Shown here piece by piece: positions 42,431-53,392 of a stretch of 64,000 bases of DNA. The notes beneath the pieces were generated by a model. The model did no database searches. It saw nothing but the letters and a program-made list of their open reading frames with translations, and was not told the origin of the DNA. Numbering within the stretch: the first letter of the stretch is position 1; every line of letters starts with the position of its first letter. Source of the stretch: an uncultured Holophagales bacterium (GTDB lineage Bacteria; Acidobacteriota; Thermoanaerobaculia; Multivoradales; UBA5704); contig CAWJGT010000009.1 in NCBI GenBank assembly GCA_963842525.1, forward strand, positions 1,056,001 to 1,120,000. Direction: 5' to 3'. The position numbers were made by a program, and so were the translations under genes.

Positions 42431-44008
42431 ATGAACGGAAAAGCGTGGACTGCGAACCCTTTGCTCCTCGGCCTGCTCCTGCTTGCCCTGGGCGTCCCGT
42501 GCGCCTTCGCCGCCGCTGATGAACCCCAAGCCGCAGCCGCCGGCGAGCAAGAGGGGCCCGAGATGTCACCCGAGGCCACGATGCTCGGCGACCTCGAAAC
42601 TCTCGGGGAGCCTTCCGAGGGCTGGTTCAAAGAAGACACAAAAAAGTACGACGGACCCTACGACGCCGAGGCCCAACTGGACATTACTACCAAGAGCAGG
42701 AAAACCGGCAAGCACATGAACAAGACGGCGAATCCACCCATCGAGCTGGGCCGCCGCCTCTACGACCGTGGAGCCTATGAGCCCCGTCCCACCTGGCTCG
42801 GCGCGAAAAACCCGATCAACTCCCACTTCATGGCTTATGGCGACCTTCGTGTCGGCGCCGCCTATTACGACAACGGCGTTGCTGCCGCCGACGGCAAGAC
42901 CGAGCAGTCGGTCGTCGCCGTCCGTCTCAACCTCGACATGGATTTGGCGCTCACCGCCACCGAGCGCATCCACGCCTTCGTGCGCCCGCTCGACAGGAAC
43001 GGCGCGTTTACGCGCTACCAGATCAGCGGCGGCGCCGAAGACGACGAGTTCGTCGACGAGCTCGACTTCGCTCTCGATACTCTCTTCTTCGAAGGCGACC
43101 TCGGTGCCATGACCCAGGGATGGACCGGCAGGACCAACTCGATCGACCTGCCGATCGCCCTCGGCCGCGTTCCCCTGTTCACCCAGAACGGCATCTGGCT
43201 CGACGATGCCTTCAATGGCCTGGCCGCCGGCATCACGGCCAAGAACAGCCCGGCGCTCGACATCAGCAACATGGACCTCACCTTCTTCGCCGGCTTCAAA
43301 CAGGTGACGACCGCCGCCGTTCCCGACAGCAACGACGACGCCAAAGTCTTCGGCCTCGCCGGATTCGCCGACGCCTTCAAAGGTTACGTGGAGCTCGGCT
43401 ATGGCTACATCGATGCCGGCGACAGCGACCTGAGCTACCACAACCTCACCGCCGCGTTTACCAAGCGGTACGGTGGCCGGGTGGCCAATAGCGTCCGGCT
43501 GATCGGCAACATCGGTCAGAGTGCGACGACCAAAACGGCCGACGGGGTGCTGGTCCTGGTGGAGAACTCGCTCATCCCGCGGCGTCCCTGGAATGCCATT
43601 CCCAGTCCCGTGAACGTCGTTCCCTACTTCAACCTTTTCGCCGGCTTCGACACCCCACAGCCGCTGGCGCGGGCCGCCGATTCCGGCGGCGTGCTGAAGA
43701 ACACCGGCATCAACTTCGAATCCGACGGCCTGACGGCCTACCCGACGCTCGACGCCAGCGGGCACGAGTCCTACGGCGGGGCAGTAGGACTGGAGTACCT
43801 GTTCAGCCTCGACCGTCAGATCGTCATCGAAGGGGCGGTGGTCGAGCGCATGAGCGACAGCGTCCTGGGGTCCCAGTACTCCCTCGGAGCCCGCTATCAG
43901 CACAAGATCTCCAACGCCTGGATCGTGCGCCTCGATGCCATGCATGGCTGGCGGCAGGGGCTGAAGGACGTCTACGGGGCGCGAGTGGAAATCCGTCGCA
44001 AACTATGA
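42431..44008 (+). CDS. Putative outer-membrane beta-barrel (porin-like) protein
   Basis: Signal peptide; many amphipathic strands (VRLNLDMDL, YVELGYGY, AVGLEYLF, YSLGARYQH, YGARVEIRRKL). Confidence 0.7.
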   Translation: MNGKAWTANPLLLGLLLLALGVPCAFAAADEPQAAAAGEQEGPEMSPEATMLGDLETLGEPSEGWFKEDTKKYDGPYDAEAQLDITTKSRKTGKHMNKTANPPIELGRRLYDRGAYEPRPTWLGAKNPINSHFMAYGDLRVGAAYYDNGVAAADGKTEQSVVAVRLNLDMDLALTATERIHAFVRPLDRNGAFTRYQISGGAEDDEFVDELDFALDTLFFEGDLGAMTQGWTGRTNSIDLPIALGRVPLFTQNGIWLDDAFNGLAAGITAKNSPALDISNMDLTFFAGFKQVTTAAVPDSNDDAKVFGLAGFADAFKGYVELGYGYIDAGDSDLSYHNLTAAFTKRYGGRVANSVRLIGNIGQSATTKTADGVLVLVENSLIPRRPWNAIPSPVNVVPYFNLFAGFDTPQPLARAADSGGVLKNTGINFESDGLTAYPTLDASGHESYGGAVGLEYLFSLDRQIVIEGAVVERMSDSVLGSQYSLGARYQHKISNAWIVRLDAMHGWRQGLKDVYGARVEIRRKL

Positions 44009-44041
44009 TGCCGCTTCGAAAGTGACCCAAGGAGGTTCTCG

Positions 44042-44503
44042 ATGCCTGTGTTCCAGCTTAACGTAAACGGCAGGCAGCACACGGTCAACGTTGACGGCAA
44101 CATGCCCCTGCTCTGGGTCCTGCGCGACATCCTGGGGCTCACGGGGACCAAGTTCGGCTGCGGCGTTGCGCAGTGCGGCGCTTGCACCGTCCACCTCAAC
44201 GGCCGGGCCGTGCGCTCCTGCGCCGTCGACGTTGGCGTGGCCTGCCTCTCCGAGATCACCACGATCGAGGGCCTGTCGCCCGACGGCAGCCACCCGTGCC
44301 AAAAGGCGTGGGTCGAGCTCGGCGTGCCGCAGTGCGGTTTCTGCCAGCCGGGCCAGATCATGACCGCCGCGGCGCTCATCGCGCACAATCAGAACCCCAC
44401 CGACGAAGACATCGACAACGCGATGCGCGGCAACATCTGCCGCTGCGGCACCTATCCACGGATCCGGGAAGCGATCCACAAGGCCGCCGGGAGCACGTCA
44501 TGA
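44042..44503 (+). CDS. 2Fe-2S subunit, IorA-like
   Basis: [33 protein letters not shown]. Confidence 0.93.
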   Translation: MPVFQLNVNGRQHTVNVDGNMPLLWVLRDILGLTGTKFGCGVAQCGACTVHLNGRAVRSCAVDVGVACLSEITTIEGLSPDGSHPCQKAWVELGVPQCGFCQPGQIMTAAALIAHNQNPTDEDIDNAMRGNICRCGTYPRIREAIHKAAGSTS

Positions 44504-47124
44504 GCACGACCTACAGAGTCACCCGCCGCGATTTTCTTCGTGCTGCCGGCGTGGGAACCGGAGCGCTGGTGTTCGGCTCCTACCTCACACCATCGCTCCA
44601 GGCCCAGGGCCTCATTCACAACCTGATCAACGGGTTCCCGGTGGAGGACGTCCCGGTGGTCATCCTCAAGGTGAACGGCGACGTCGTCATCATCACCCAC
44701 CGATCGGAGATGGGGCAGGGCATCCGCTCCAGCCTCGCGGCGGTACTGGTCGATGAGATGGAAGCCGACTGGAACCGGGTCACGCTGCGCCAGGCGGACG
44801 CCGACGCTTACAAGTATGCGGTCGCCTTCCCGGCCGAGGTAGCGGACACCGTCACGCTCCCATGGCCCTACCAAGACATTCCCAAAACGAGAAAACCGAA
44901 GGTGCAGTACCTCGTCGCCCCCGAGGGATCCCAGTTCACCGACAGCTCGCGGAGCATGACCGCGTACTTCCAGGTGATGCGGCTCTTCGGCGCCGGCATC
45001 AAGCTGGCGATGATTCGCTCGGCGGCGAAGAAATGGGGGGTCAAGGAAGAGGAGTGCCGCGCGGAGAAGCACCGGGTATACGGCCCCAACGGCAGCTCCG
45101 TCGACTACCGCCGGCTGCTGCTGCGCGCCAAGAAAGAGAAACCGACGTATGGAGACATCAACAAGGCGCTCAAGAAGCCCGGGGACTGGCGTTACATCGG
45201 CAAAGGGAAAGAGCCGATGCCGTTCTACGACGCAGTCGACATGGTGCGCGGCAAGACGGAATTCGGCGCCGACGTCGATATCCCCGGCATGCTGACGGCC
45301 ATGATCGAGCGCTGCCCGGTCGCCAACGGGGCGCTCCTCACCTACGACCCCGCCCCGGCGCTTGCCGTGGAGGGCGTCCGCTACGTCGTGCCGATCTTCC
45401 CTCCGGGAGTCCGGGGGGGTGGCGTGGGCAGAGGCTTCACACCGCACGCCGGTGTCGCCGTGGTGGCGGCGAACACCTGGGCGGCGTTGCAGGGCCGCAG
45501 GGCGCTCAGACCGACCATCACATGGGATCTCGGTCCCCACGCGGCCTACGACTCGGACGCGTATCGCAAGGAGCTCGAAGGGTCGACCGCAAAGGCGGGG
45601 AAGGTTGTGCGCAAATTGAAGGACGTCGACGATGCCTTCGCGCAGGCCGCCGGCGCCGTGGAAGCCAGCTACTACGTTCCGCACCTGGCCCAGGCCCCGA
45701 TGGAGCCGCCCGTGGCCGTAGCCGTTTTCCAGAACGGACGCATGGAGGTCTGGGCACCCACGCAGAATCCCGACGGCGCGCAGCAGGTGGCCGGACAGGT
45801 CGCGCTCGACCTCTCTGATGACCAGATGACTGAGGAGGAGTTCAAAGACAAGGCGCGGGCAGCCGCGACGGTGCACGTGACGATGCTGGGCGGCGGCTTC
45901 GGGCGCAAGTCGAAGCCTGACTACATCGGGGAAGCGGCCATTCTCGCCAAGCACAATCCCGGCGTGCCGATCCGAGTGCAGTGGACGCGCGAGGACGACA
46001 TCAAATTCAGCTACTACAACGCGGCCAGCAGTCAATACCTGAAGGCGTCGCTCGGCGCGGACAACCTTCCCACCGCACTGCTGCAGCGCAGCGCGCTCAC
46101 CTCGTTCTTCGGGACGCTCGTTCCGAACTATTCGACGCCGGGGTTGACCGAGCCCCAACTCGAGGCATATGCGAAAGCACGCCTCGCGTTATTCGGCGGC
46201 GGCGAATACCCGTATGCCTCGGGCATCGAGCGCGCGCAGGGGCTGGAGGACATGCCGTACGACGTGCCGAACATCCGCCTCGAGAACTGCCGGGCCGAGA
46301 ACCACATCCGCGTCGGCTGGATGCGGTCGGTGGCCAACATCTACCACGCCTTCGCCATCAATTCCTTCGCCGACGAGCTGGCGATCGCCGCCGGACGCGA
46401 TCCCAAGGACTATCTTCTCGAGCTGATTGGGAAGGAGGATCGCATCCTCGACGAGGAAACGCTGAGCGCCCAGTCGGTCGAGCGCTTCCGCAACAACGAG
46501 CTTCCCCTGAAGATGATCGAGGTGCCGGTCGAGGGTGGGCAAGTGAACCAGGTGGTTCCCGGCTACCCGCCTCAAACGTCACGGCTGCGCGCAGTGATCA
46601 ACCAGGTGGCGGAGGAGTCGGGCTGGAAGGACAAGGCCGCACAGTACAAGGACATGAAGGGCCGCGGCCTCGGCTTCGCCGCCCACCGCAGCTTCCTCAG
46701 CTACGTGGCCGTCGTGATCGACGTCTCGCTCAACGACGAGAACGAGCTGACCATCCATGACGTCTACGGCACGATCCACTGCGGGCTGGCCGTCAACCGC
46801 GACCGCGTCCTGGCCCAGATGGAGGGGGGGATCGTCTACGGCCTGAGCTACGCCCTTCTCGGCGAGATCACGGTGAAGAACGGAGCGGTCGTAGAGAACA
46901 ACTTCGATGACTACCCCGTGCTGCGCATCAACCAGACGCCCAGGATCCACGTCAGCATCGTGGACAGCGACGACCCGCCGACCGGCGTCGGCGAGCCGCC
47001 GACACCCGCGGTGGCGCCGGCCCTGGCCAACGCGATCGTCGCCGCGGGCGGACCGCGCATCCGCGAAATCCCATTTTGCTGGCGGAAGGGGGATCCGCTT
47101 GGGACGAAAGTCGTGGTTCTTTGA
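44500..47124 (+). CDS. Tat-exported molybdopterin subunit, IorB (isoquinoline 1-oxidoreductase beta)-like
   Basis: TRRDFL Tat motif; [31 protein letters not shown]. Confidence 0.92.
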   Translation: MSTTYRVTRRDFLRAAGVGTGALVFGSYLTPSLQAQGLIHNLINGFPVEDVPVVILKVNGDVVIITHRSEMGQGIRSSLAAVLVDEMEADWNRVTLRQADADAYKYAVAFPAEVADTVTLPWPYQDIPKTRKPKVQYLVAPEGSQFTDSSRSMTAYFQVMRLFGAGIKLAMIRSAAKKWGVKEEECRAEKHRVYGPNGSSVDYRRLLLRAKKEKPTYGDINKALKKPGDWRYIGKGKEPMPFYDAVDMVRGKTEFGADVDIPGMLTAMIERCPVANGALLTYDPAPALAVEGVRYVVPIFPPGVRGGGVGRGFTPHAGVAVVAANTWAALQGRRALRPTITWDLGPHAAYDSDAYRKELEGSTAKAGKVVRKLKDVDDAFAQAAGAVEASYYVPHLAQAPMEPPVAVAVFQNGRMEVWAPTQNPDGAQQVAGQVALDLSDDQMTEEEFKDKARAAATVHVTMLGGGFGRKSKPDYIGEAAILAKHNPGVPIRVQWTREDDIKFSYYNAASSQYLKASLGADNLPTALLQRSALTSFFGTLVPNYSTPGLTEPQLEAYAKARLALFGGGEYPYASGIERAQGLEDMPYDVPNIRLENCRAENHIRVGWMRSVANIYHAFAINSFADELAIAAGRDPKDYLLELIGKEDRILDEETLSAQSVERFRNNELPLKMIEVPVEGGQVNQVVPGYPPQTSRLRAVINQVAEESGWKDKAAQYKDMKGRGLGFAAHRSFLSYVAVVIDVSLNDENELTIHDVYGTIHCGLAVNRDRVLAQMEGGIVYGLSYALLGEITVKNGAVVENNFDDYPVLRINQTPRIHVSIVDSDDPPTGVGEPPTPAVAPALANAIVAAGGPRIREIPFCWRKGDPLGTKVVVL

Positions 47125-47142
47125 GCCTTGCGAGGAGGTCAC

Positions 47143-48207
47143 ATGACCGAAGAGGCCCTCGGTATTCAGGGTTTCACCGCCGAGGATCAGCGCGTCGTCT
47201 CCAGCTCGCGCTTCAGCGTCGTGCGCGACGCCATCTTTGCAAACCCATATCAGAAAGTATGGGGAGCGCAAGGCAATGCGCCCTTCGAGCGTTTCCCGGT
47301 CACGTTCATGCCGTTGATCAAAGGCATGCTGCCCGGTGGCGGGAGGTGGCAGTTCCTCGCGGCGGCCAAGCGCATCCTCGCCTCCGATTCCGATCTTCGC
47401 TGGGGTCCGGACGGCAAGGGTTACCGCCGCCTCCTCCATGCCAACGGAATCTGCATGACGGGCCTGTGGGAGGTCACAGAGGACACGCTGTACACCGGCT
47501 ATTTCCGCAAGGGGAGCCGCGGCCTGATCATCGTCCGCTATTCCACCTGCTGCACCGAAACTCGCCGCGGCAACACGCGGTCGCTGTCGATGATCGGCCG
47601 CATCTATCCGACCACCGACCCGGACCATCCCGAGCCTCTGCCGACCGCGAGCTTCATCACCCAGGAAGACATCGGCGGCGAGGACACGCCGAACATCAAC
47701 GATGCGAAGCTGCGCAACGCGCCGAACACCACCGCCACCCGCCGTGGCAGCGGCATGCCGATCCTCCTCCTGACCGGGCTCGTGCTCAACATCGCCGAGA
47801 AAAAGCCGACCATCCGGCAGGTCTACCAGATCGCCGAGCTCGGGAAACCGCCCGTCGAGCCGACGCGCGCCCCCGAGTTCATGCAGCTCACCGTTGCCCT
47901 GGGCCAGCCCGTCATCCCCGGCAACGACCTCGACTTCCGCGATGAGATCATGGCCCACATCTACGACCCCGGCGACCCTACACCGAAACGCAAGCTCGTC
48001 TTCGACGTCGAGACCTCCGACACCGGCACCACCCACGGCCTCCCGATCAGAGAACGCCGCAACATCACCAATTGGAAGAAGATCGGAACCATCACCTTCG
48101 ACGCCGCGGTAGTCTCGTTCAACGGAGACCACGTGTTTCATGTGAACCATCCGGCGTGGCGGGAGGATCGGAACGACCCGCGGACGGTGGTGAGGTCGAA
48201 GGTTTGA
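47143..48207 (+). CDS. Catalase-like superfamily heme protein
   Basis: RRLLHANGICMTG, IVRYS, FHVNHP; AGGAGG RBS. Confidence 0.65.
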   Translation: MTEEALGIQGFTAEDQRVVSSSRFSVVRDAIFANPYQKVWGAQGNAPFERFPVTFMPLIKGMLPGGGRWQFLAAAKRILASDSDLRWGPDGKGYRRLLHANGICMTGLWEVTEDTLYTGYFRKGSRGLIIVRYSTCCTETRRGNTRSLSMIGRIYPTTDPDHPEPLPTASFITQEDIGGEDTPNINDAKLRNAPNTTATRRGSGMPILLLTGLVLNIAEKKPTIRQVYQIAELGKPPVEPTRAPEFMQLTVALGQPVIPGNDLDFRDEIMAHIYDPGDPTPKRKLVFDVETSDTGTTHGLPIRERRNITNWKKIGTITFDAAVVSFNGDHVFHVNHPAWREDRNDPRTVVRSKV

Positions 48208-48249
48208 TAACAGGCGGATCGGACCGTCAATGTACTCTGCGGATCTCTT

Positions 48250-48340
48250 CCACGCCGGGAGGGCGAGAAAACCGTCGTAGCCCGTGTCGATAGCAGCCTC
48301 GACAAATAAGGCCTGCCCGGCCGGGCCGATCACCTGGATC
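48250..48340 (-). pseudogene. Fragment of a clan AA aspartic protease
   Basis: IQVIGPAGQALFVEAAIDTGYDGFLALP (DTG motif). Confidence 0.55.
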
Positions 48341-48716
48341 TGCGGCGGAGGCCCAGGTGCTTGCCGAGCAGGGTCGCCTGGCCGCTCGCATCGATCAGGA
48401 AACGGGCGGAGACGTCGCCTTCGTCCGTGGCCATCTCGACCCGCCCATCCTCCGGCCATGAGCCTCGATTCAAACCTCTACGACGCCCTCGCCATCGGCG
48501 GCGGCCCGGCTGGCTCGACTGCCGCTCTGGTGATGGCCCGCGCCGGGCTGCGGGTGCGGCTCCTGGGGCGCACACGGTTCCCACGCTTCCACATCGGCGA
48601 ATCGCTGCTGCCGCGCAACTTCGCGCTCTTCCGCTCCCCACGATGAACTCGGCCCCCTTCTTGTCCACTTTGGGAACGTCCGCGAGCGCATCCAGGAGAC
48701 CGAGCTCGCGGGGCAT
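48335..48716. pseudogene. Scrambled flavin-dependent halogenase-like gene fragments on both strands
   Basis: Plus strand: YDALAIGGGPAGS..FPRFHIGESLLP. Minus strand: ELGLLDAL..KKGAEF and ARFLIDASGQ. Confidence 0.7.
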
Positions 48717-48781
48717 TCTAACTTGCCGATCGGCTCTTGAAACTGCACCGAGCCGAGCGTATCGTTGGCTCCAGGGCCGGC

Positions 48782-49873
48782 ATGAACCACTGGAAAGAGA
48801 CCGCCGAAATCCTCTCGCGGCTCGCCGAGCTGACGGCGGCAGGGCGGCGGGCCGCGCTCGCGACCGTCGTGCGCATCGTCGGCTCGGGCTACCGCCGGCC
48901 CGGCGCCAAGTTCCTCATCGAAGAGACTGGTGCCACCCTGGGCAGCGTCAGCGGCGGCTGTCTGGAGGCCGATGTGCGCGAGGTGGCCAAGGCCGTCCTG
49001 GAGACGGGGACGCCGAGCCTGCGGCACTACAGCACCGGTGCCGACGAGGATGTCGTCTGGGGCCTCGGGCTGGGCTGCAACGGGCTGGTCGACGTCTTCA
49101 TCCAGCCGGCCACCGAGGGGCCGTTGGCCGATCTGGCCGCATCTCTCCGCGAGCTACTGGCCGGCGATGCACCCTTCGCTCTCCTGACCGTGGTGGACGG
49201 AGAGGGTCTGGGAGCCACGCTAGTGCTGGGCTCGGAGGGGACGGTCCACTGCTCGCTGGGGTCGGCGGAGCTCGACCGGCTCGCGGCGGAGCAGGCGCAC
49301 TCCCTGTTGCCGGGCGGCCGTTCGATTGTGCACAAGGTGGACGGCCGCGGGGTCTTCATCGAGGTACTGCCGCCGCCGCCCCATCTGGTCGTCTGCGGCG
49401 CCGGGGATGACGCCCGGCCGCTCGTGGCCTACGCGGCGGACGCCGGTTTCCGCGTCACCGTCGTGGACCACCGCCCGGCGCTGCTGGAGCCGGCCTGGTT
49501 CCCGCAGGCCGCGCAACGGCTGCTGGCGCGGCCTGAAGATCCGGGAATCGTCCTGCCTCCCGCAGAGCGGTCGCTCGCCGTGGTGAAGACCCACTCGCTG
49601 GCCCACGACCGCGAATGGGCGCGACGGTTGCTCGCGGCGGGCCTGCCCTATATCGGTATGCTGGGACCGCGGGACCGGACGGAGACCATCCTGCGCGAGA
49701 TCGGAGCGGGCCCCGCGGAAACCGAGCGGGTCTTCGGCCCGGTGGGCCTGGACCTCGGCGCCGACGGTCCGCGGCAGGTGGCGCTCTCGATCGTCGCCGA
49801 GCTCCTCGCCTTCATCGCCCAGCGCGAGCCGCGCCACCTCAGCGAGCGCAAGGAGGCCATTCATGCCACCTGA
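48782..49873 (+). CDS. XdhC/CoxI-family Moco insertion chaperone
   Basis: GSGYRRPGAK, SVSGGCLE, GLGCNG, GAGDDA, YIGMLGPR, PVGLDLG. Confidence 0.93.
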   Translation: MNHWKETAEILSRLAELTAAGRRAALATVVRIVGSGYRRPGAKFLIEETGATLGSVSGGCLEADVREVAKAVLETGTPSLRHYSTGADEDVVWGLGLGCNGLVDVFIQPATEGPLADLAASLRELLAGDAPFALLTVVDGEGLGATLVLGSEGTVHCSLGSAELDRLAAEQAHSLLPGGRSIVHKVDGRGVFIEVLPPPPHLVVCGAGDDARPLVAYAADAGFRVTVVDHRPALLEPAWFPQAAQRLLARPEDPGIVLPPAERSLAVVKTHSLAHDREWARRLLAAGLPYIGMLGPRDRTETILREIGAGPAETERVFGPVGLDLGADGPRQVALSIVAELLAFIAQREPRHLSERKEAIHAT

Positions 49874-50109
49874 GCTGTCGCAGGCCGGCGGAGCTTCACG
49901 GAAGTGCGGGAGGACCGGTAGGATCTCGCCCCACGCAGGATTCCGCTGGGAGCGCCGGCATCCCTGCCGGCCGGCAATCTGACTCAGTAGAACTACGCAG
50001 CAAGCCATTGCTGAATAACAGCGAGCGGACGGGTTGAAACCCCGGCAGGCAGAGGGTATCTTCCTCACTGCTGAGGACCCTTCACCTCAGCGAACAAGGG
50101 AGGCTATCC

Positions 50110-50712
50110 ATGCCGCATGACCGCTCCGGAGCCGTTGCCGGAATCCTTCTCGCCGCCGGCACCTCAAGCCGCATGGGAAGCAACAAGATGCTTTTCGAGC
50201 TGAACGGCGAGAGCGTCCTGCGCGGGGCGGCGCGGCGGGCGCTGGCCGGCGGCGTCTCGCCTCTCCTGGTCGTGCTCGGCCATGAGCCGGACAAGGCCAA
50301 CCGGGAGCTCGACGGCCTGCCTTGCCAGTGGGTGCTCAATCCGCTCTATGCACAAGGGATCAACTCATCGCTCAAAAGCGGCGTGATGGCGGTGCCGGCC
50401 GAGGCGCAGGCGGCCCTGGTCATGCTGGCCGATATGCCCTTCGTGACCGCGGAGATGCTCGCCGGGCTGATCGCGCGCTACCGGTCGAGCGAAGCGCCGC
50501 TCGTCATCTCGGACTACGAAGGGGTCAACGCGCCTCCCATGCTGTACGACCGGAGCCTCTTCGGCGAGCTGCTGGCGATGACGGGAGAAGGCTGCGGCCG
50601 GCAGGTGGTGAAGCGGCATCGGGACGAGGCCGAGGTTCTGCCGTGGCCTGCGGCGGCCCTCGCCGATCTCGACGTGCCGGAGGATTACGAGCGGATGGTG
50701 CGCCAGTCTTGA
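50110..50712 (+). CDS. mocA: Molybdenum cofactor cytidylyltransferase-like NTP transferase
   Basis: LLAAGTSSRMGSNK, LADMP, DLDVPEDY; Mo-hydroxylase context. Confidence 0.8.
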   Translation: MPHDRSGAVAGILLAAGTSSRMGSNKMLFELNGESVLRGAARRALAGGVSPLLVVLGHEPDKANRELDGLPCQWVLNPLYAQGINSSLKSGVMAVPAEAQAALVMLADMPFVTAEMLAGLIARYRSSEAPLVISDYEGVNAPPMLYDRSLFGELLAMTGEGCGRQVVKRHRDEAEVLPWPAAALADLDVPEDYERMVRQS

Positions 50713-51113
50713 ACCTGGAGCTCTTCGAAGGGCTCGAAGTGGGCGCGATTCGAGGTCACCAAGACCAGGTTGTTGACCTTGGCGATTGCAGCAATCTGTC
50801 CATCAATGAAAGCAGGTGTCTTTCCCAGCGCAGTCAGCCTGGCTCTTTCAGCAGCATGCCACTCTGCAGCCGCCTGATCGTACGGAAGGATGGGAATGCT
50901 GGCGCGGACGGTGCGAAAGAGATAGCTCTCGATGGCTTGGCGTTTTCGCGAAGGCGGCAGCCGCTCGCAACCGAATAAGAGCTCGTGCCAGGCCGGTGCA
51001 GCGGTCGCCATTTCTCCTCGATGCTCGCGCAATCCTGACAGTACTCCGAAGTGAGGAGCCGGGCGAACGGGCTCCGACAGCACGTTCGTATCCAGGAGGA
51101 AGCGGATCGTCAC
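50685..51113 (-). CDS. vapC: VapC PIN toxin
   Basis: FLLDTNVLSE, DGQIAAIA, LVTSN..HF. Confidence 0.92.
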   Translation of the reverse strand: MTIRFLLDTNVLSEPVRPAPHFGVLSGLREHRGEMATAAPAWHELLFGCERLPPSRKRQAIESYLFRTVRASIPILPYDQAAAEWHAAERARLTALGKTPAFIDGQIAAIAKVNNLVLVTSNRAHFEPFEELQVQDWRTIRS

Positions 51114-51391
51114 CAGGAGAACTCCCGGCCGGGAGATGAATCTCGGACATCGCCGAAGATCTCATCGGGATCGATCCCGAGCTCGGCGAAGTCGAACTCT
51201 CGCCGGACCTCCTCGTAGGCCTCCCAAAAGTCGCGCCGGCCTTCAGCCAGCCGCTCGTAGTCCTCGATCCCGATGAGCACCGCGACCGGCTTGCCCCGCC
51301 GGGTCAGCTCTACGCGAGTCCCCCCCTCCGCCTCATGGACCACACCTGGCAGGTTGTCTCTGGCTTCGGCGATCGAGTACTTCTTGGTCAT
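51110..51391 (-). CDS. Phd/YefM antitoxin
   Basis: SIAEARDNL, LTRRGKPVAVL. Confidence 0.92.
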   Translation of the reverse strand: MTKKYSIAEARDNLPGVVHEAEGGTRVELTRRGKPVAVLIGIEDYERLAEGRRDFWEAYEEVRREFDFAELGIDPDEIFGDVRDSSPGREFSW

Positions 51392-51588
51392 GTCTACCTC
51401 CGGATAGCCATCTCGCTGTACATCTTAGCTCCGGATGGGAGTTGGAGCAAGAGGAGGGCACGTCACCGTCCGCGGCGCGATCACGGCTACGCCAGAATCT
51501 CCTGTTCCTGCATGTGGGTAAGATGCACGAGGGTGCCGGCGGTATCGTGGATTTCGGCGTCCTTCTCCTCTTCGAGTAGAATCGATCC

Positions 51589-51807
51589 ATGGCGACGCGA
51601 GAGGATCTGGCGGCCGAACGCTTCAGGACTACGTTGGATCTCTTCGAGCTCGGGGAAGCGATGCTGCGGCAGAAGCTGCGGAGGAAGTTCCCGCAGGCGA
51701 GCGAGGCTGAGATCGACATTCAGGTCCAAGCATGGCTCGAGCGGCGTCCCGGCGCGGAGCACGGAGACGCTGTCGGACGCCCGGCTACCTGGCCTCGCCG
51801 TCCATGA
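51589..51807 (+). CDS. Small protein, probable partner of a nucleotidyltransferase
   Basis: 72 aa; ATGA overlap with the following nucleotidyltransferase fragment. Confidence 0.6.
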   Translation: MATREDLAAERFRTTLDLFELGEAMLRQKLRRKFPQASEAEIDIQVQAWLERRPGAEHGDAVGRPATWPRRP

Positions 51808-51970
51808 ATCCCATCGAAACCGCGCTCCGCCGGATTGCAGAAGACCTCCGAGGCACCGGGAGGTCGTGGGCCCTGATCGGGGGGCTGGCAGTTAGCGCGC
51901 GTGCGGAGCCCCGAACCACACGCGACGTGGGCTACAAAGTCATAGCTGTCCTGGAGCAAGAGGCCACAGG
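51804..51970 (+). pseudogene. Truncated nucleotidyltransferase (DUF6036/AbiEii-like)
   Basis: WALIGGLAVSARAEPRTTRDV, then loss of similarity. Confidence 0.65.
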
Positions 51971-52189
51971 CAAATCGCGATCAGGAAGAAAGAACCGCGG
52001 CGCCGTCACGGTCAATGTGAAGAGGCTACGCCACAGCCTGCTGTTCCCGCATGCGGGCGAGGCGCACGAGGGTACCGTAGGCAGCATTACGAACGTTGGA
52101 ATCCTCGTCGTTGCGCAGGACGTGAAGGAGCTTGTCGTAAACCCGTTCATGAAAGAAGACGGGTTCGAGCTTCCCGAGTACAAGGGCGG

Positions 52190-52892
52190 CTACAACGCCG
52201 CTTGTCTCACTCCTTCATCATCATCTCCTAGTCGTTCCAACGTCGACTTGCGGACCTCCGCCATAGTCTCCACCAGATCGTGCAGAGCGATGAGGGCAGC
52301 ACCACGGACGTAAGATTCCCGACTCGACAACAGGTTCAGCCAGAATTCAGCCCATCTCTTCCCTCGCCTGCTTTCCGAAAACGAAGCGCATCCTTGAAGA
52401 AGATCATTTGACTCGAGCGTCTCCTGAGAGATGAATACCGCCTGGAGAGTTTCGGGAGACGCAGGGCCGCCTTCTGCCAGCCCTTGACAAGGTACTTGCC
52501 GGATCCACCAATCAGTGGCTCTCACTTGATCCACAGATAATTGATAAATGTCCGGAATCTCGGCATAGCCGGCCATGCGGAATTCGTGAGCCAGAGTAGT
52601 GAGATCCGGTACATGATCCGGCCGGGGGTCGAGAAGCTGGGCGAGCTCGAAGGCGGCCCTCTTCGCGGGTGAAGAAGGCTTCGAGCAGAGAGCCGTAGTG
52701 CTCCCAATCCTCGTCCAGGTTTCTCAGCTCCTGGCCTTCCAGGGCCTCGGCAAGGGCTGCGGCGATCGCCGCTTCCAGGGCCTTCTTGGCATCGCTCTGG
52801 CTGAGCCGCTTCCGGACGATCCCGGCCGAAGCCCTGACGAGGCTCGTGACGAGACTGGCAGCGATCTTTTCGGTCAGGCCGGGCAATGGCAT
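52190..52892 (-). pseudogene. Debris of a NACHT/HEAT-type large protein
   Basis: Helical N-terminal fragment with a frameshift near 52655, and a HEAT-like LGDDDEGVRQAAL. Confidence 0.4.
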
Positions 52893-53135
52893 CAGTTGTA
52901 CGTAAACTATCACGGGCCGGTATCGGACCACTGCGATCTGGCTCGAACCCACCCCGCCCGGTTACGGGCTCACCAAGTCCGGAATCGGCGCCGGCCGCTC
53001 CGAGCTTCGCGCCTCTTCCCGCTGCGGCGTGGAACACTCGCGCTGAATTCGGCGGCTCTCTGCTTGGAAGCTCTATCGCACCTGCGGAGAATAGCTATAC
53101 TGCCGCTTCCTCGGAGGCTACAACCATCGTGGCGT

Positions 53136-53303
53136 GCATCACTGCTGCCATGGTCCGCATCACTCCTGGTGTGATGCGCGATAGTCTGTGCTTGGCCCGA
53201 GTTACTCCGAGGATGGTCCACATCACTCCGAGGGTGGTCCGCATCACTCCTGCCATGGTCCGCATTACTCCTTTTGTGCTTGGACACACTCCGAGCGTGG
53301 CCG
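53136..53303. repeat. 21-bp tandem array (GCATCACTCC.....TGGTCC consensus), ~8 units
   Basis: Units at 53136, 53157, 53178, 53199, 53220, 53241, 53262 and 53283. Confidence 0.85.
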
Positions 53304-53392
53304 GAGTATCTCGGGCCCCGGCAGGGGTAATGTGGCCCGGACGCGGCTTGATGCAGACCACAACAGGAGTGATGCACGCCAGGATGGAGCTG

